Part shown: piece after piece, positions 9,177-19,226 of the stretch
How positions within the stretch are numbered: the first letter of the stretch is position 1
Layout: the number at the start of each line of letters is the position of its first letter
Assembly (NCBI GenBank): GCA_963730685.1
Contig: CAVSSP010000001.1
Span: 1,687,767 to 1,751,766 of the forward strand
Length of the DNA: 64,000 nt
Reading direction: 5' to 3'
From: an uncultured Acidimicrobiales bacterium
GTDB taxonomy: Bacteria > Actinomycetota > Acidimicrobiia > Acidimicrobiales > RAAP-2
Translations under genes and position numbers: made by a program
The notes under the pieces: generated by a model
What the model was told of the DNA's origin: nothing
What the model saw: only the letters and a program-made list of their open reading frames with translations
Database searches by the model: none

Positions 9177-9972
9177 TCAGAGTTGGCCGATGGCCTTGTG
9201 GGTCTGGGGTACGACCCGGACCCGGGGGTGCTGGCGGAGGGCCCGCTCCTGCAACTCGAGCACCTGGGTGGGGGACGGGGCACGTTCGACGGCACCGAAG
9301 GGCGTGACCGGCTGGAGGAAGATCTCGACGTCGTGGCCGCGGGCCACGGAGGCCACCGTGGCGACGGCCCGGTCGAACTCGACGGGATCGGTGGCGGCGC
9401 CGATCACCAGCTTCACCCACGTGGTCGCCCCCGAGGAGACGGCGGCGGTGAGGAATCGCCGCTGGGTATCGGCCCGGACCCGCTCGCCGTCGACGCTGGG
9501 GAGCTTCATGTCCATGCTCACGTAGCGGAGCCACGGAAGGCACCGTTCGAGGGCGGCGACCATCGTCCCGTTGGTCTCGAGCATCACCGGCCGGTCCCCG
9601 GTGGCCAGTTGGCGGACCAGCTCGACCGACACGCGTGGACTGCATCAGCGGCTCTCCGCCGGTGAGGGTGATCGAATGATGGGGGAGCGCCTCCCACAGG
9701 GAACCCACCGCCGCCACCACCTCCGGGACGGGCAGCGGGCTCTGCTCGACGAGCCAGTCGCGACGACCCGGAGTGCGCTCGATGCGGCACGGACCCGGTC
9801 GACGCTCGAGGGCCTCGGGTTGGTCGCAGTAGGCGCACCGGATGTTGCAGCCGGCCAACCGGACGAAGATCTGGCGTTCCCCCACCAGGCTCGCCTCACC
9901 TTGGATGGCCGAGAACACCTCGGTCACGAGTATCCCCGAACCCCCCGAACCGGGCTCGACACGAGCGGTCAT
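9177..9972 (-). pseudogene. queE: 7-carboxy-7-deazaguanine synthase QueE (radical SAM), interrupted by one frameshift as sequenced
   Basis: The N-terminal part (CNIRCAYCD, ITLTGGEPLMQS) and the C-terminal part (VELVRQLATGDRPVMLETNGT...) are in different frames. The junction is at ~9630-9645. Total length is 3n+1. Confidence 0.8.
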
Positions 9973-9973
9973 C

Positions 9974-10636
9974 TCACGCAAGGGCGGGGTCGTCCGCGCC
10001 CGCCTCGGCGAATCCGAGCGCTCTGAGCCGGCAGGCGTCACACTGTCCGCAGGGGCGGTCGCCACCCAGGTAGCACGACCACGTGAGCGCCAGTGGGGCC
10101 TCCAGGTCGAAGCCCATACGGACGATGTCCGCCTTGGTCGAGGCGATCAGCGGGGTCCGGATATCCACCGGGTTTCCTTCGACCCCACGCTTCTGGCCGG
10201 TCGCCGCCACTCCCCGGAAGGCGTCGATGAACTCGGGGCGGCAGTCGGGGTAGCCCGAGTAGTCGATGGCGTTGACGCCCAACCACACGGCGTCGAGCTC
10301 GCGGGCTTCGGCGACACCCAGCGCCACGGCCAAGAAGATGCTGTTCCGTGCCGGCACATACGTGACCGGGATGCCCTCCTCGCCTCCGCCCGACGGCACG
10401 GCGATCGACGGGTCGGTGAGGGCGGAGCCGCCCCAGGCCCTGGTGTCGAGGGCGACCACGAGATGCTCCGAGCGGTAGTGACCGGCCACTCCGGCCGCCC
10501 GATCGATCTCGGTGCGGTGGCGCTGTCCGTAGTCGAAGGTCAACGCCAGTGGTGGTGCGCCCGACTCAGCGGTGGCGAGCGCCATGCACACGGTCGAGTC
10601 GAGTCCCCCCGACAGGACGACCAGGTGGCCCGACAC
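9974..10636 (-). CDS. queC: 7-cyano-7-deazaguanine synthase
   Basis: VVLSGGLDST, YVPARN, and the C-terminal Cys cluster CGQCDACRLR. Confidence 0.95.
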   Translation of the reverse strand: MSGHLVVLSGGLDSTVCMALATAESGAPPLALTFDYGQRHRTEIDRAAGVAGHYRSEHLVVALDTRAWGGSALTDPSIAVPSGGGEEGIPVTYVPARNSIFLAVALGVAEARELDAVWLGVNAIDYSGYPDCRPEFIDAFRGVAATGQKRGVEGNPVDIRTPLIASTKADIVRMGFDLEAPLALTWSCYLGGDRPCGQCDACRLRALGFAEAGADDPALA

Positions 10637-10638
10637 CG

Positions 10639-11001
10639 TCAGCCGCCGACGGTCAGCTCGGCCGAGGAGTCATCGGTCTCCCACAGCCGGAGGCCGCTCA
10701 GTGCCAGTCCGGCGTCGGTCAGCAACTCCCATGCCTTGTGCGCCAGGAGCTCGGCGGTCGGGTTGTCGATGACCCGGTTGAGGTCGGTGTGGTCCCAGGG
10801 GTCGATGACCTCGCGCTCCACCACCGCACGCAGGTGGTCGAAATCGAGCACGACACCGTTGTGGTCCAACGGCCCGGACACGGTGACCTCCAGGCGATAG
10901 GAGTGGCCGTGCAGATTGCGGCACTTCCCCGGGTGCCACGACAGGTGATGGGCGGCCTCGAAGCTGAAGGTGCACCTGACGCTGGTGATGGGTGGGGCCA
11001 C
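10639..11001 (-). CDS. queD: 6-carboxy-5,6,7,8-tetrahydropterin synthase
   Basis: FSFEAAHHL...NLHGHSY...VLDFDHL, typical of the PTPS/QueD family. Confidence 0.95.
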   Translation of the reverse strand: MAPPITSVRCTFSFEAAHHLSWHPGKCRNLHGHSYRLEVTVSGPLDHNGVVLDFDHLRAVVEREVIDPWDHTDLNRVIDNPTAELLAHKAWELLTDAGLALSGLRLWETDDSSAELTVGG

Positions 11002-11088
11002 GGGTCGACGCTAACGCACGGCCGGACGGTCCCGGATCGGAGGGCCGACACGGCGGTGGCCCACGTGCGCCCCGGTAGGCTGAACGCC

Positions 11089-14000
11089 ATGGACGCGACC
11101 CCCGAGGGAGACCCGAGTACGGCTGCGAGGGGTCCGTCGGGCGCCCACGGGGCCGGCTCGTTCGGTCCCAACGCGTGGCTCGTCGAGGATATGTACGACC
11201 GGTACCGCGCCGATCCGGGCTCGGTGTCGGACTCGTGGCGTGAGTTCTTCGCCGACTACCGGCCGGCCGGGGGCCCGCTCGCCCCGCCGTCCACCTCGGC
11301 GATCTCCACACCCCTGGTCACCACATCCACGGCGCCGCCGGCGACCCCGTCGACCCGGGCCGCGGTTCCATCCACGGATCCCGCCCCGTCCACGGTCCCG
11401 ACCGCCGCTCCGCAGAAGGCGGAGGAGGCTGCCGTGCCGCTGCGGGGGGCGGCCGGGCGCATCGTGGCCAACATGGAGGCCTCGCTCGGGGTCCCCACCG
11501 CGACCAGCGTGCGGGCCGTTCCGGCCAAGCTCCTCGAGGTCAATCGCACCATCATCAACAACCAGCTGTTCCGGACGACGGGCGGCAAGGTCAGTTTCAC
11601 GCACCTGATCGGCTATGCCGTCGTCAAGGGGCTCGAGGCCATCCCGGCGATGAACGCCGCGTTCGTGTCCGATGCCGATGGCAAGGGGACGCCGGGGGTC
11701 ATCCGACACCACCGCGTCGGTCTGGGCCTGGCCGTGGACGTGGAGAAGGCCGACGGCAGCCGGACGCTCATGGTCCCGTGCATCAAGGACGCCGACACGC
11801 TCGACTTCCGCGGGTTCGTCAGCTCCTACGAGGACCTGGTCCGCAAGATCCACACCAGCAAGATCGCCCCGGACGACTTTGCCGGGACCACCGTCAGCCT
11901 CACCAATCCGGGCACACTCGGGCACCGTCCAGTCGGTGCCCAGGCTGATGCCCGGCCAGGGCCTCATCGTCGGGGTCGGAGCCCTTGGGTACCCGGCCGG
12001 ATTCGAGGCCGCCGACCCGCGGACGCTCGCCGAACTGGGCATCGGCAAGACGGTGACCATCACGTCCACGTACGACCACCGGATCATCCAAGGGGCGGAG
12101 TCGGGCCTGTTCCTGGCGTACGTCTCCGAGTGCCTCATGGGCAAGCACGACTTCTACGACCAGGTATTCGAGTCGCTCGAGGTCCCCTACGAGGCCGTCC
12201 GCTGGGAGCGGGACTCGAGCGCGCCGGACGAGGAGGGTGAGGGAGCCCACCTCCGGCTGCTCAAACAGGTGCACGTCCAGACCCTGATCAACATGTACCG
12301 GGTGCGCGGCCATCTGATCGCCCACCTCGACCCCCTCGACGCCGAGCCGCCGGTCCTGCACCCCGAGCTCGACCCGCTCCACTACGGACTGACCATCTGG
12401 GATCTGCCGAGGCACTTCGTGGCGGACGGTCTGGCCGGCAAGGACCTGGCCACGCTGGACGAGATCCTGCACGTCCTGCGCGACGCCTACTGCCGCACCC
12501 TCGGGGTGGAGTACATGCACATCCAGGACCTCGAGCAGAAGCGCTGGATCCAACAGCACCTCGAGGGCGTGTCCTCGGCCCTGTCCCAGGACGAACAGCG
12601 CCACATCCTGGGGCGCCTCAATGCCGCCGAGGTATTCGAACGGTTCCTCCACTCCCGGTACGTGGGTCAGAAGCGCTTCGGGTTGGAGGGAGCCGAATCG
12701 ACCATCGTGCTGCTCGACACCATCCTCGAGCAGGCAGTGGCCGAGGGACTGCGTGAGTCGGTGATGGGGATGTCCCACCGCGGGCGCCTCAACGTGCTGG
12801 CCAACATCGTGGGCAAGTCCTACGGCGAGATCTTCGAGGAGTTCGAGGGGAACCTGGACCCCGAGTCCGTCCAGGGGTCCGGCGACGTGAAGTACCACAA
12901 GGGGGCGGTGGGCACCTTCGTGGCCCGCAGCGGGGGATCGATCCCGGTGGCCATGGCCTCGAACCCCTCCCACCTCGAGGCGGTCGACCCGGTGGTCGTG
13001 GGGATGGCCCGCGCCAAGCAGGACGCCGCCGGCGGCGAGCAGGGCTCGGGCCCGCAGCTCGAAGACGGCTCGGGCGAGCCGTTCCCGGTGTTGCCCATCC
13101 TTCTCCACGGCGACGCCGCCTTCGCCGGCCAGGGGGTGGTGGCCGAGACCCTCAACCTGTCCGGACTGGCCGGCTATCGGACGGGCGGCACCATCCACAT
13201 CGTCATCAACAACCAGCTCGGCTTCACCACCGCGCCGGAGGCCGCCCGGACCTCGGTGTACCCGACCGACGTGGCGAAGATGGTGCAGGCCCCGATCTTC
13301 CACGTCAACGGCGACGATCCCGAGGCCTGCGCCCGCGCCGCCCGGCTGGCGTTCGGGTTCCGCCAGGCGTTCCACAAGGACGTCGTCATCGACATGGTCT
13401 GCTACCGGCGCCACGGGCACAACGAGGGCGACGACCCCAGCTACACCCAGCCCCTGATGTACGCACTCATCGAGGCCAAGCGCTCGGTGCGCAAGCTCTA
13501 CACCGAGTCACTGGTCCGCAGGGGGGACATCTCGCTGGAGGAGGCCGAGCAGGCGCTCGACGACTTCTCCGACCGGCTGCAGGCCGCCCTGGACGAGACC
13601 AGGGCCGAGGCCGTGTCGGCGTCCGCCGCCACCCCGGTGCTTCCGAAGTACGTCGTGCCCGACCTCTGGATCCCACCGGTCGAGACCGGCGTGGAGGCGG
13701 CGGTGCTGTCGCGACTGGCCGCAGAGGTCCGCTCGGTGCCCGAGGGCTTCGTCATCCATCCCAAGCTGGCCCGCCAGTTCGAGCAGCGGGACAAGGTGGT
13801 GGCCGACGGGGAGATCGACTGGGCCCTCGGCGAGGCCCTGGCCATCGGCTCGCTGCTGTTGGAGGGATCCAACGTCCGCCTCACCGGTCAGGACACCCGG
13901 CGCGGCACCTTCTCGCAGCGGCACGCCGTGCTCGTCGACCACGTCACCGGCCAGGAACATGTGCCCCTGGCCGGCCTGGAGGGCGGCCGGTTCACCATCC

Positions 14001-14851
14001 GCGACTCGCTGCTGTCGGAGTACGCCTGCGTCGGCTTCGAGTACGGGTACTCGGTGGAGGCCCCCGACGGCCTGGTGGCATGGGAGGCCCAGTTCGGAGA
14101 TTTCTGGAACGGCGCCGAGATCATCGTCGACAACTTCCTGGTGGCGGCGGAGGACAAGTGGGGGCAGAAGTCGGGACTGGTCCTGCTGCTGCCGCACGGA
14201 TACGAGGGGCAGGGCCCCGAGCACTCCTCGGCCCGCATCGAGCGGTTCCTCACGCTGTGCGCCCGCGGGAACATGCGGGTGACCGAGCCCACCACGGCAG
14301 CCCAGTACTTCCATCTCCTCCGGTCCCAGGTGAAGGGGGAGGGCCGCCGGCCGCTGATCGTGTTCACCCCCAAATCGCTGTTGCGGGCCCGCCAGGCCCG
14401 GTCGCCCATCGCGTCGTTCACCGCCGGATCGTTCGCCGAGGTGCTCGACGACCCCGCTTCGGCGGGGGAGGAGTTCGATCCCGGTGCCGTCACCAGGGTC
14501 GTGCTGTGTACGGGCAAGGTGGGTTTCGACGCCCTGGGGCGCAGGGACGAGCTGGGCGACGAGGGCAACGGTGTCGTCGTGGTGCGGGTCGAACAGCTGT
14601 ATCCCTGGCCCAAATCGACCATCCAGGGCATCCTGTCCCGCTATCCCAATGCGCACGAGGTGGTCTGGCTGCAGGAGGAGCCGGAGAACATGGGGGCGTG
14701 GAACTTCGTCCACGGCCGGCTCCACAAGATCCTGCGGGAGAGCCATTCGTTGCGCCACGTCAGCCGGGCCGAATCGGCCAGTCCGGCGTCGGGGAGTGCA
14801 GCGCTGCACCGGCTGGAACAAGACGACCTGCTGGCCCGTTCGGTCGGGTAG
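11089..14851 (+). pseudogene. sucA: Kgd/SucA-type 2-oxoglutarate dehydrogenase E1 with N-terminal E2-like acyltransferase segment; one 1-nt frameshift as sequenced
   Basis: Frame A ends at SLTNPGTLG. Frame B continues TVQSVPRLMPGQGLIVGVGAL...DHRIIQGAESG...LHGDAAFAGQGVV. The shift is at the GGG run 11920-11922. Total length is 3n+1. Confidence 0.9.
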
Positions 14852-14891
14852 CCGCGACCGCGGCGGGGGCCGCGGCGGTAGCGGGGCGCAC

Positions 14892-16242
14892 TCAGACCAG
14901 GAAGTCGTGGGCCAGGGCGATCCACATCTCGGTGGACAGCCGCAGCGATTCCACGTCGACCCGCTCGTCGACACCGTGGAACATGGCCCCGTACTGCTCG
15001 AAGCTGATGGCGGCACTGTGCAGGCCGAACCCGTAGGCGACGCCGCCGAGGGCCCGATGGAAGCGGGCATCGGTGGCACCGACCGTGAGGTACGGGACCG
15101 TCCTGGCGCCGGGATAGAACAGGCGGCTCACCCGCTCGAGCGCGTCCCACAGCGGGGTGTCGATGGGAGAGGTGGTGGAGGGCTGCTCGGACCGGAACTC
15201 GACGTCGACGTCGGCGGCCAGGGGGCCGAGCACATCGTCCAGCATGGCCGCGCACGTCAGCGGTGTCCCACCCGGGCAGGGTGCGGATGTCGACGGTCAG
15301 CTCGACCCGGTCGGGGATGACGTTGACCTTGGTGCCGGCGTGCATGACCGTCGGGGCCAGGGTCGTGTGGGTACAGGCGTGGGCCTGCCGGGCCAGGCCG
15401 ACCAGGGGCAACCCGTCGCAGAAGTCGTCGATGCGATCGGGGTCGAGGAGCGGCTCGGCCAGTTCGGGCGGAAATCCGATCCCCTCGATGAACCGGGTCC
15501 ACGCCTCGTGCAGCTGGGCCTCGGGCCGGTACTCGTCGATCCTCCTGACGACCTCTGCCGCCTTCACCAGGGCATTGTCGGTGCGGAAGGGCTGGCTGCC
15601 GTGACCCGGCGTGCCCTTCACGATGAGCCGGCACCAGTAGACGCCCTTTTCGCCCACGATCACCGGCAGGCGGGCGGTTCCGTCGGCTCCACTCATCGGG
15701 AAGCCACCCGACTCGGTGATGACGTAGTCGGAGTGAACGTCGTCGGCCACGTGGGCGCACAGCCACTGTGCGCCGTGGGTGCCGAGGCCCTCCTCGTCGG
15801 CGACCGCGACATAGGTGAGGTCCCCGGCCGGCCTGAAGCCGGAACGGGACAGGTGGCGGAAGGCGGTGGCCATGGTGGCCGTCAGATCGAGCATGTCGAT
15901 GGCGCCCCGTCCCCACACCTCCCCGTCGATCAGCTCGCCCTCGAACGGGTCGTGCCGCCAGTCGTCGGCGTTGGCCGGCACCACGTCGGTATGGCCGAGA
16001 AGGGTCAGCGACGGAGCCCGGGGATCGGAGCCGTGGAGCTTGGCCACCAGCGAGGTCCGACCGGGCTGGGGTTCGAAGGTCTCGATGTCGGCACCGGAAC
16101 CCTCCAGGTAGGTGCCGATCAGTTCGGCGCTCCGTACTTCCTGGCCCGAGGTGACCGATCCGTCGTTGACGCACCGGTTGCGGATCAGGTGCTGGAGGAG
16201 GTCCGTGGCCTCACCGGTGCGACTGGTCTCCGAGGCCACCAC
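14892..16242 (-). pseudogene. M20-family metallopeptidase (ArgE/DapE/CPG2-like), one frameshift as sequenced
   Basis: The N-terminal part (LLGHTDVVP, VADEEGLG, GTPGHGSQP ... DIRTLPGWDTADV) and the C-terminal part (MLDDVLGPL...GATDARF) are in different frames. The junction is at 15246-15250. Total length is 3n+1. Confidence 0.85.
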
Positions 16243-16359
16243 CGCATCCTAGGGGCGCGTCCGTGAGGGCTGCCCCTGGCCGCGGACCACTTCCGGCCGA
16301 TGGGTCCGGAGCGGGGATGGTCGGAGTCGCCCTGGTCAGATGGTTGACTGTGGAGGTCT

Positions 16360-17847
16360 ATGGAACCAGAACTCCCTGAGCGTCGGCGCATCGTCGTCGA
16401 CGGCTCCAACATCGCCACCGAGGGCAGGACACTGCCCAGCCTGGCGCAGCTCGACGAGGCCATCAGAACGTTCTTGGAGGAGTACCGCGGCTTCTCCACG
16501 TCCGACGTGACCGTGGTTGTCGACGCCTCCTTCGGGCACCGGATCGACCCGTCCGAGGTCCAGGCATTCGAGCAGGCCATCGAGCACGGTGAGATGATCA
16601 GCCCACCCGCCGGCGCCGTGGGCCGAGGAGACGGGTTCATCCTCCGGATCGCGGAGAAGTCGGGAGCGCTGGTGCTCTCCAACGACTCCTTCCAGGAATT
16701 CCACGCCGAACGACCCTGGCTCTTCGAGCCGGGGCGACTGATCGGGGGCAAGCCGGTGCCCGGCGTCGGATGGATCTTCACGCCTCGGACGCCCGTCCGG
16801 GGAGCCAAGAGCCGGTCGGTGACCAGCAAGTCGAGACGTGACGCCAAGGCGGCCGAAGGCGACGGACCGACCGGTGCGGAGGACGGACTGGTCCCGATGG
16901 CGACCGCGGGCTCGAGCCGGGGTCGGCGCGGCCGGGGGGGTCGCGGCCGGGGGGCGAAGGCCGCCGCCGATCGTCCTGCCCGAGGACGAGGCGGTCGACG
17001 TCGCGCCCGAAGCCGACGAGGCGGCCAAGGCGCCCCGGACCACGAAGAAGGCGGCCAAGGTGGTGGCGGCCACCAAGGCCACCAAGGCCGCAAAGGCCAC
17101 CAAGAAGACGAAGTCCGGCTCGGGCGAAGGGGCCGACGATGGCGAGGCGATCGCTGCCACAGGTACGAAGGCCACCAAGGCCACCAAGGCCACCAAGGCC
17201 ACCAAGGCCACGAAGGCCACGAAGAAGGCGAAGTCCGGCTCGGGCGAAGGGGCCGACGATGGCGAGGCGATCGCCGCCACAGGTACGAAGTCGGTCAAAG
17301 CGATCAAGGCAACTAAAGCGACCAAGGCGACCAAGGCGACCAAGGCGACCAAGGCGACCAAAAAGGCCGTAGGCGATCCAGCCGGTCTCGAAGGCGACCA
17401 AAGCGACCAAGGCGACCAAGGCCGACAAAGGCCGAAAAGGCCGAAACGGCGTCCGCTGCTACCAAGGCGTCCGCTGCCACCAAGGCTGCCAGGGCGGCCG
17501 GACGAGGACAGGAGCGGGACAGTCGGTCCGCCACCGATCCCACGCCCGCCAGCCAGCGAGGAGGCGGACACGAGGCCCTCAATGACCCGCTGACCTTCCT
17601 CACCTTCGTGGCCGACCATCCGGTAGGCAGCACCTTCGACGGGACCGTGGTGTCGTTCACGTCCCACGGGGCCCACGTCGACGTAGGCGGCATGCTGTGT
17701 CACGTCCCGCTGCGAGGACTGGCTGTGCCGCCTCCGAACAAGGCCCGGCAAGTTCTGTCCAAAGGTGAGACGCGTCCTTTCGTGCTGGTCTCGTTGGATG
17801 CCGCCCGCCGCCGGGCCGAACTGGCGGTGCCCGGCATCGCCGGCTGA
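16360..17847 (+). pseudogene. NYN (Zc3h12a/PIN-like) RNase domain, Lys/Ala-rich repeat linker and C-terminal S1 RNA-binding domain; 2-3 frameshifts in the repeat region as sequenced
   Basis: NYN part: RIVVDGSNIA...LSNDSFQEF (frame 1). (A/T)KATK repeats lie in frame 2 from ~16975. ATKATKATKA lies in frame 0 at ~17394-17423. AEKAETASAATK...ADHPVGSTFDGTVVSFTSHGAHVDVGG (S1 domain) lies in frame 1. Net length is 3n. Confidence 0.7.
17060..17460 (+). repeat. Nested tandem repeats: 9-bp ACCAAGGCC units within a 120-bp duplication
   Basis: 17111-17170 is nearly identical to 17231-17290, so the period is exactly 120 bp. It is flanked by runs of accaaggcc / accaaggcg. Confidence 0.9.
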
Positions 17848-17913
17848 GCGGCGCGGACCAGAGAGGGGTGGGATGAGGGCCGCGCCCCCTTCGGGCCGGT
17901 ATCCTCGCCACTC

Positions 17914-18396
17914 GTGCGAGCTGACGACTACCTACCCCACCGGGACCCGTTCCTGTTCGTGACGGAGCTCACCGATGTCGATCCCGGCCAGTCGGCTCGT
18001 GGCAACTGGCGGCTCACCGGCGATGAGGCATTCTTCGCCGGGCACTTCCCCGGACGCCCGACCCTCCCCGGGGTGCTCATGGTCGAGGCACTGGCCCAGC
18101 TGGGGGGCGTGGCCGTCCTGGCCGACCCCAGGTATGCCGGCAAGCTCCCGTTGTTCGGTGGGATCGAAAAGGCGCGGTTCCGTCGCCAAGTGGTTCCCGG
18201 GGACCTGCTCGAGATGGAGGTGACCCTGGACCGGATGTCGGCCCGGGCCGGCAAGGGAACCGGACGCGCCACCGTGGGTGGGGATCTGGCCTGTCAGGCC
18301 GAGTTGTTGTTCGTCCTGGTCGACGCGGCGTCGACCGGATCCGGACTGACCGGCGCCGGGTCATGCGCATCGCTACCTGGAACGTCAACTCCCTGA
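17914..18396 (+). CDS. fabZ: 3-hydroxyacyl-ACP dehydratase
   Basis: LPHRDPFLFV...HFPGRPTLPGVLMVEALAQ hot-dog fold motifs. Confidence 0.9.
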   Translation: MRADDYLPHRDPFLFVTELTDVDPGQSARGNWRLTGDEAFFAGHFPGRPTLPGVLMVEALAQLGGVAVLADPRYAGKLPLFGGIEKARFRRQVVPGDLLEMEVTLDRMSARAGKGTGRATVGGDLACQAELLFVLVDAASTGSGLTGAGSCASLPGTSTP

Positions 18397-19133
18397 CCGC
18401 CCGCTTCCCGAGGGTCGAGGAGTGGATCCGCTACGCCGAGCCCGACGTCTTGTGCTTGCAGGAGACCAAGCAGTCCGACGCGGCATTCCCCCGGGATGCC
18501 TTCGCCTCCCTCGGCTACGAGTCGGCACACCATGGGGACGGACGGTGGAACGGGGTGGCGATCCTCAGCCGGGTGGGGATGGACGGAGTCGCCTCCGGGC
18601 TGGGCGACGACGACGATCAGGGCACCCGCCTGATCGCCGCCGACTGCGGAGGGGTCCGCGTCCACTCGGTCTACGTCCCGAACGGTCGCAGCCTCGACAG
18701 CGATCAGTACCCGGCCAAACTCGCCTGGCTCGCCCGTCTGAAGGCCCTCTTGGACCAGACCAGCTCCCCTGATCGCCCGGTGGCGGTGTGCGGCGACTTC
18801 AACGTGGCGCCCGACGACCGCGACGTCTGGGACCCGTCCCAGTTCGAGGGGATGACCCACGTGAGCCAGCCTGAGCGCGACGCGCTCGCCGATGTCGAAT
18901 CGTGGGGCCTGGTCGACGTGTTCCGGCGCCTCTACGACCAGGACAAACTGTTCACGTGGTGGGACTACCGGGCTGGCTCGTTCCACCGGCACCGGGGGAT
19001 GCGCATCGATCTGATCCTGGTGAGCCAGGTGCTGGCCGAGGGGACCACGTACGGGCTGATCGACCGCAATGCCCGCAAGGGCGAGAAGCCGTCCGACCAC
19101 ACGCCGGTGTTCGTCGACATCACCTACCCATAG
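18363..19133 (+). CDS. xthA: Exodeoxyribonuclease III (AP endonuclease)
   Basis: MRIATWNVNS...LCLQETK...GDFNVAP...SDHTPV. Confidence 0.95.
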   Translation: MRIATWNVNSLTARFPRVEEWIRYAEPDVLCLQETKQSDAAFPRDAFASLGYESAHHGDGRWNGVAILSRVGMDGVASGLGDDDDQGTRLIAADCGGVRVHSVYVPNGRSLDSDQYPAKLAWLARLKALLDQTSSPDRPVAVCGDFNVAPDDRDVWDPSQFEGMTHVSQPERDALADVESWGLVDVFRRLYDQDKLFTWWDYRAGSFHRHRGMRIDLILVSQVLAEGTTYGLIDRNARKGEKPSDHTPVFVDITYP

Positions 19134-19136
19134 TCG

Positions 19137-19211
19137 GTTATTTGGAAAAAACTATTCGGCGAAGAGGTTGCCTCCCCGGCGACCGGCGACCGGCGACCGG
19201 CGACCGGCGAC
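19137..19211 (+). repeat. AT-rich motif GTTATTTGGAAAAAAC followed by a (CGGCGAC)x5 heptamer array; copy A of a two-copy element
   Basis: Motif at 19137-19152. Five perfect heptamers at 19177-19211. It lies in the convergent xthA/helicase intergenic region. The 14-nt core is identical to 34036-34049. Confidence 0.7.
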
Positions 19212-19226
19212 CGCCCACCGGCCAAT

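Noticed and set aside
11002-11088. preQ1 riboswitch upstream of queD
   Set aside because: The 87-nt leader is GC-rich and lacks the A-rich tail and conserved loop I associate with preQ1-I/II aptamers. I could not run a covariance model.
11905-11935. Programmed ribosomal frameshifting as the explanation for the kgd, queE and peptidase disruptions
   Set aside because: There is no slippery heptamer or downstream pseudoknot-like structure at the junctions. The junctions sit in short G/C runs, and these families are not known to use recoding.
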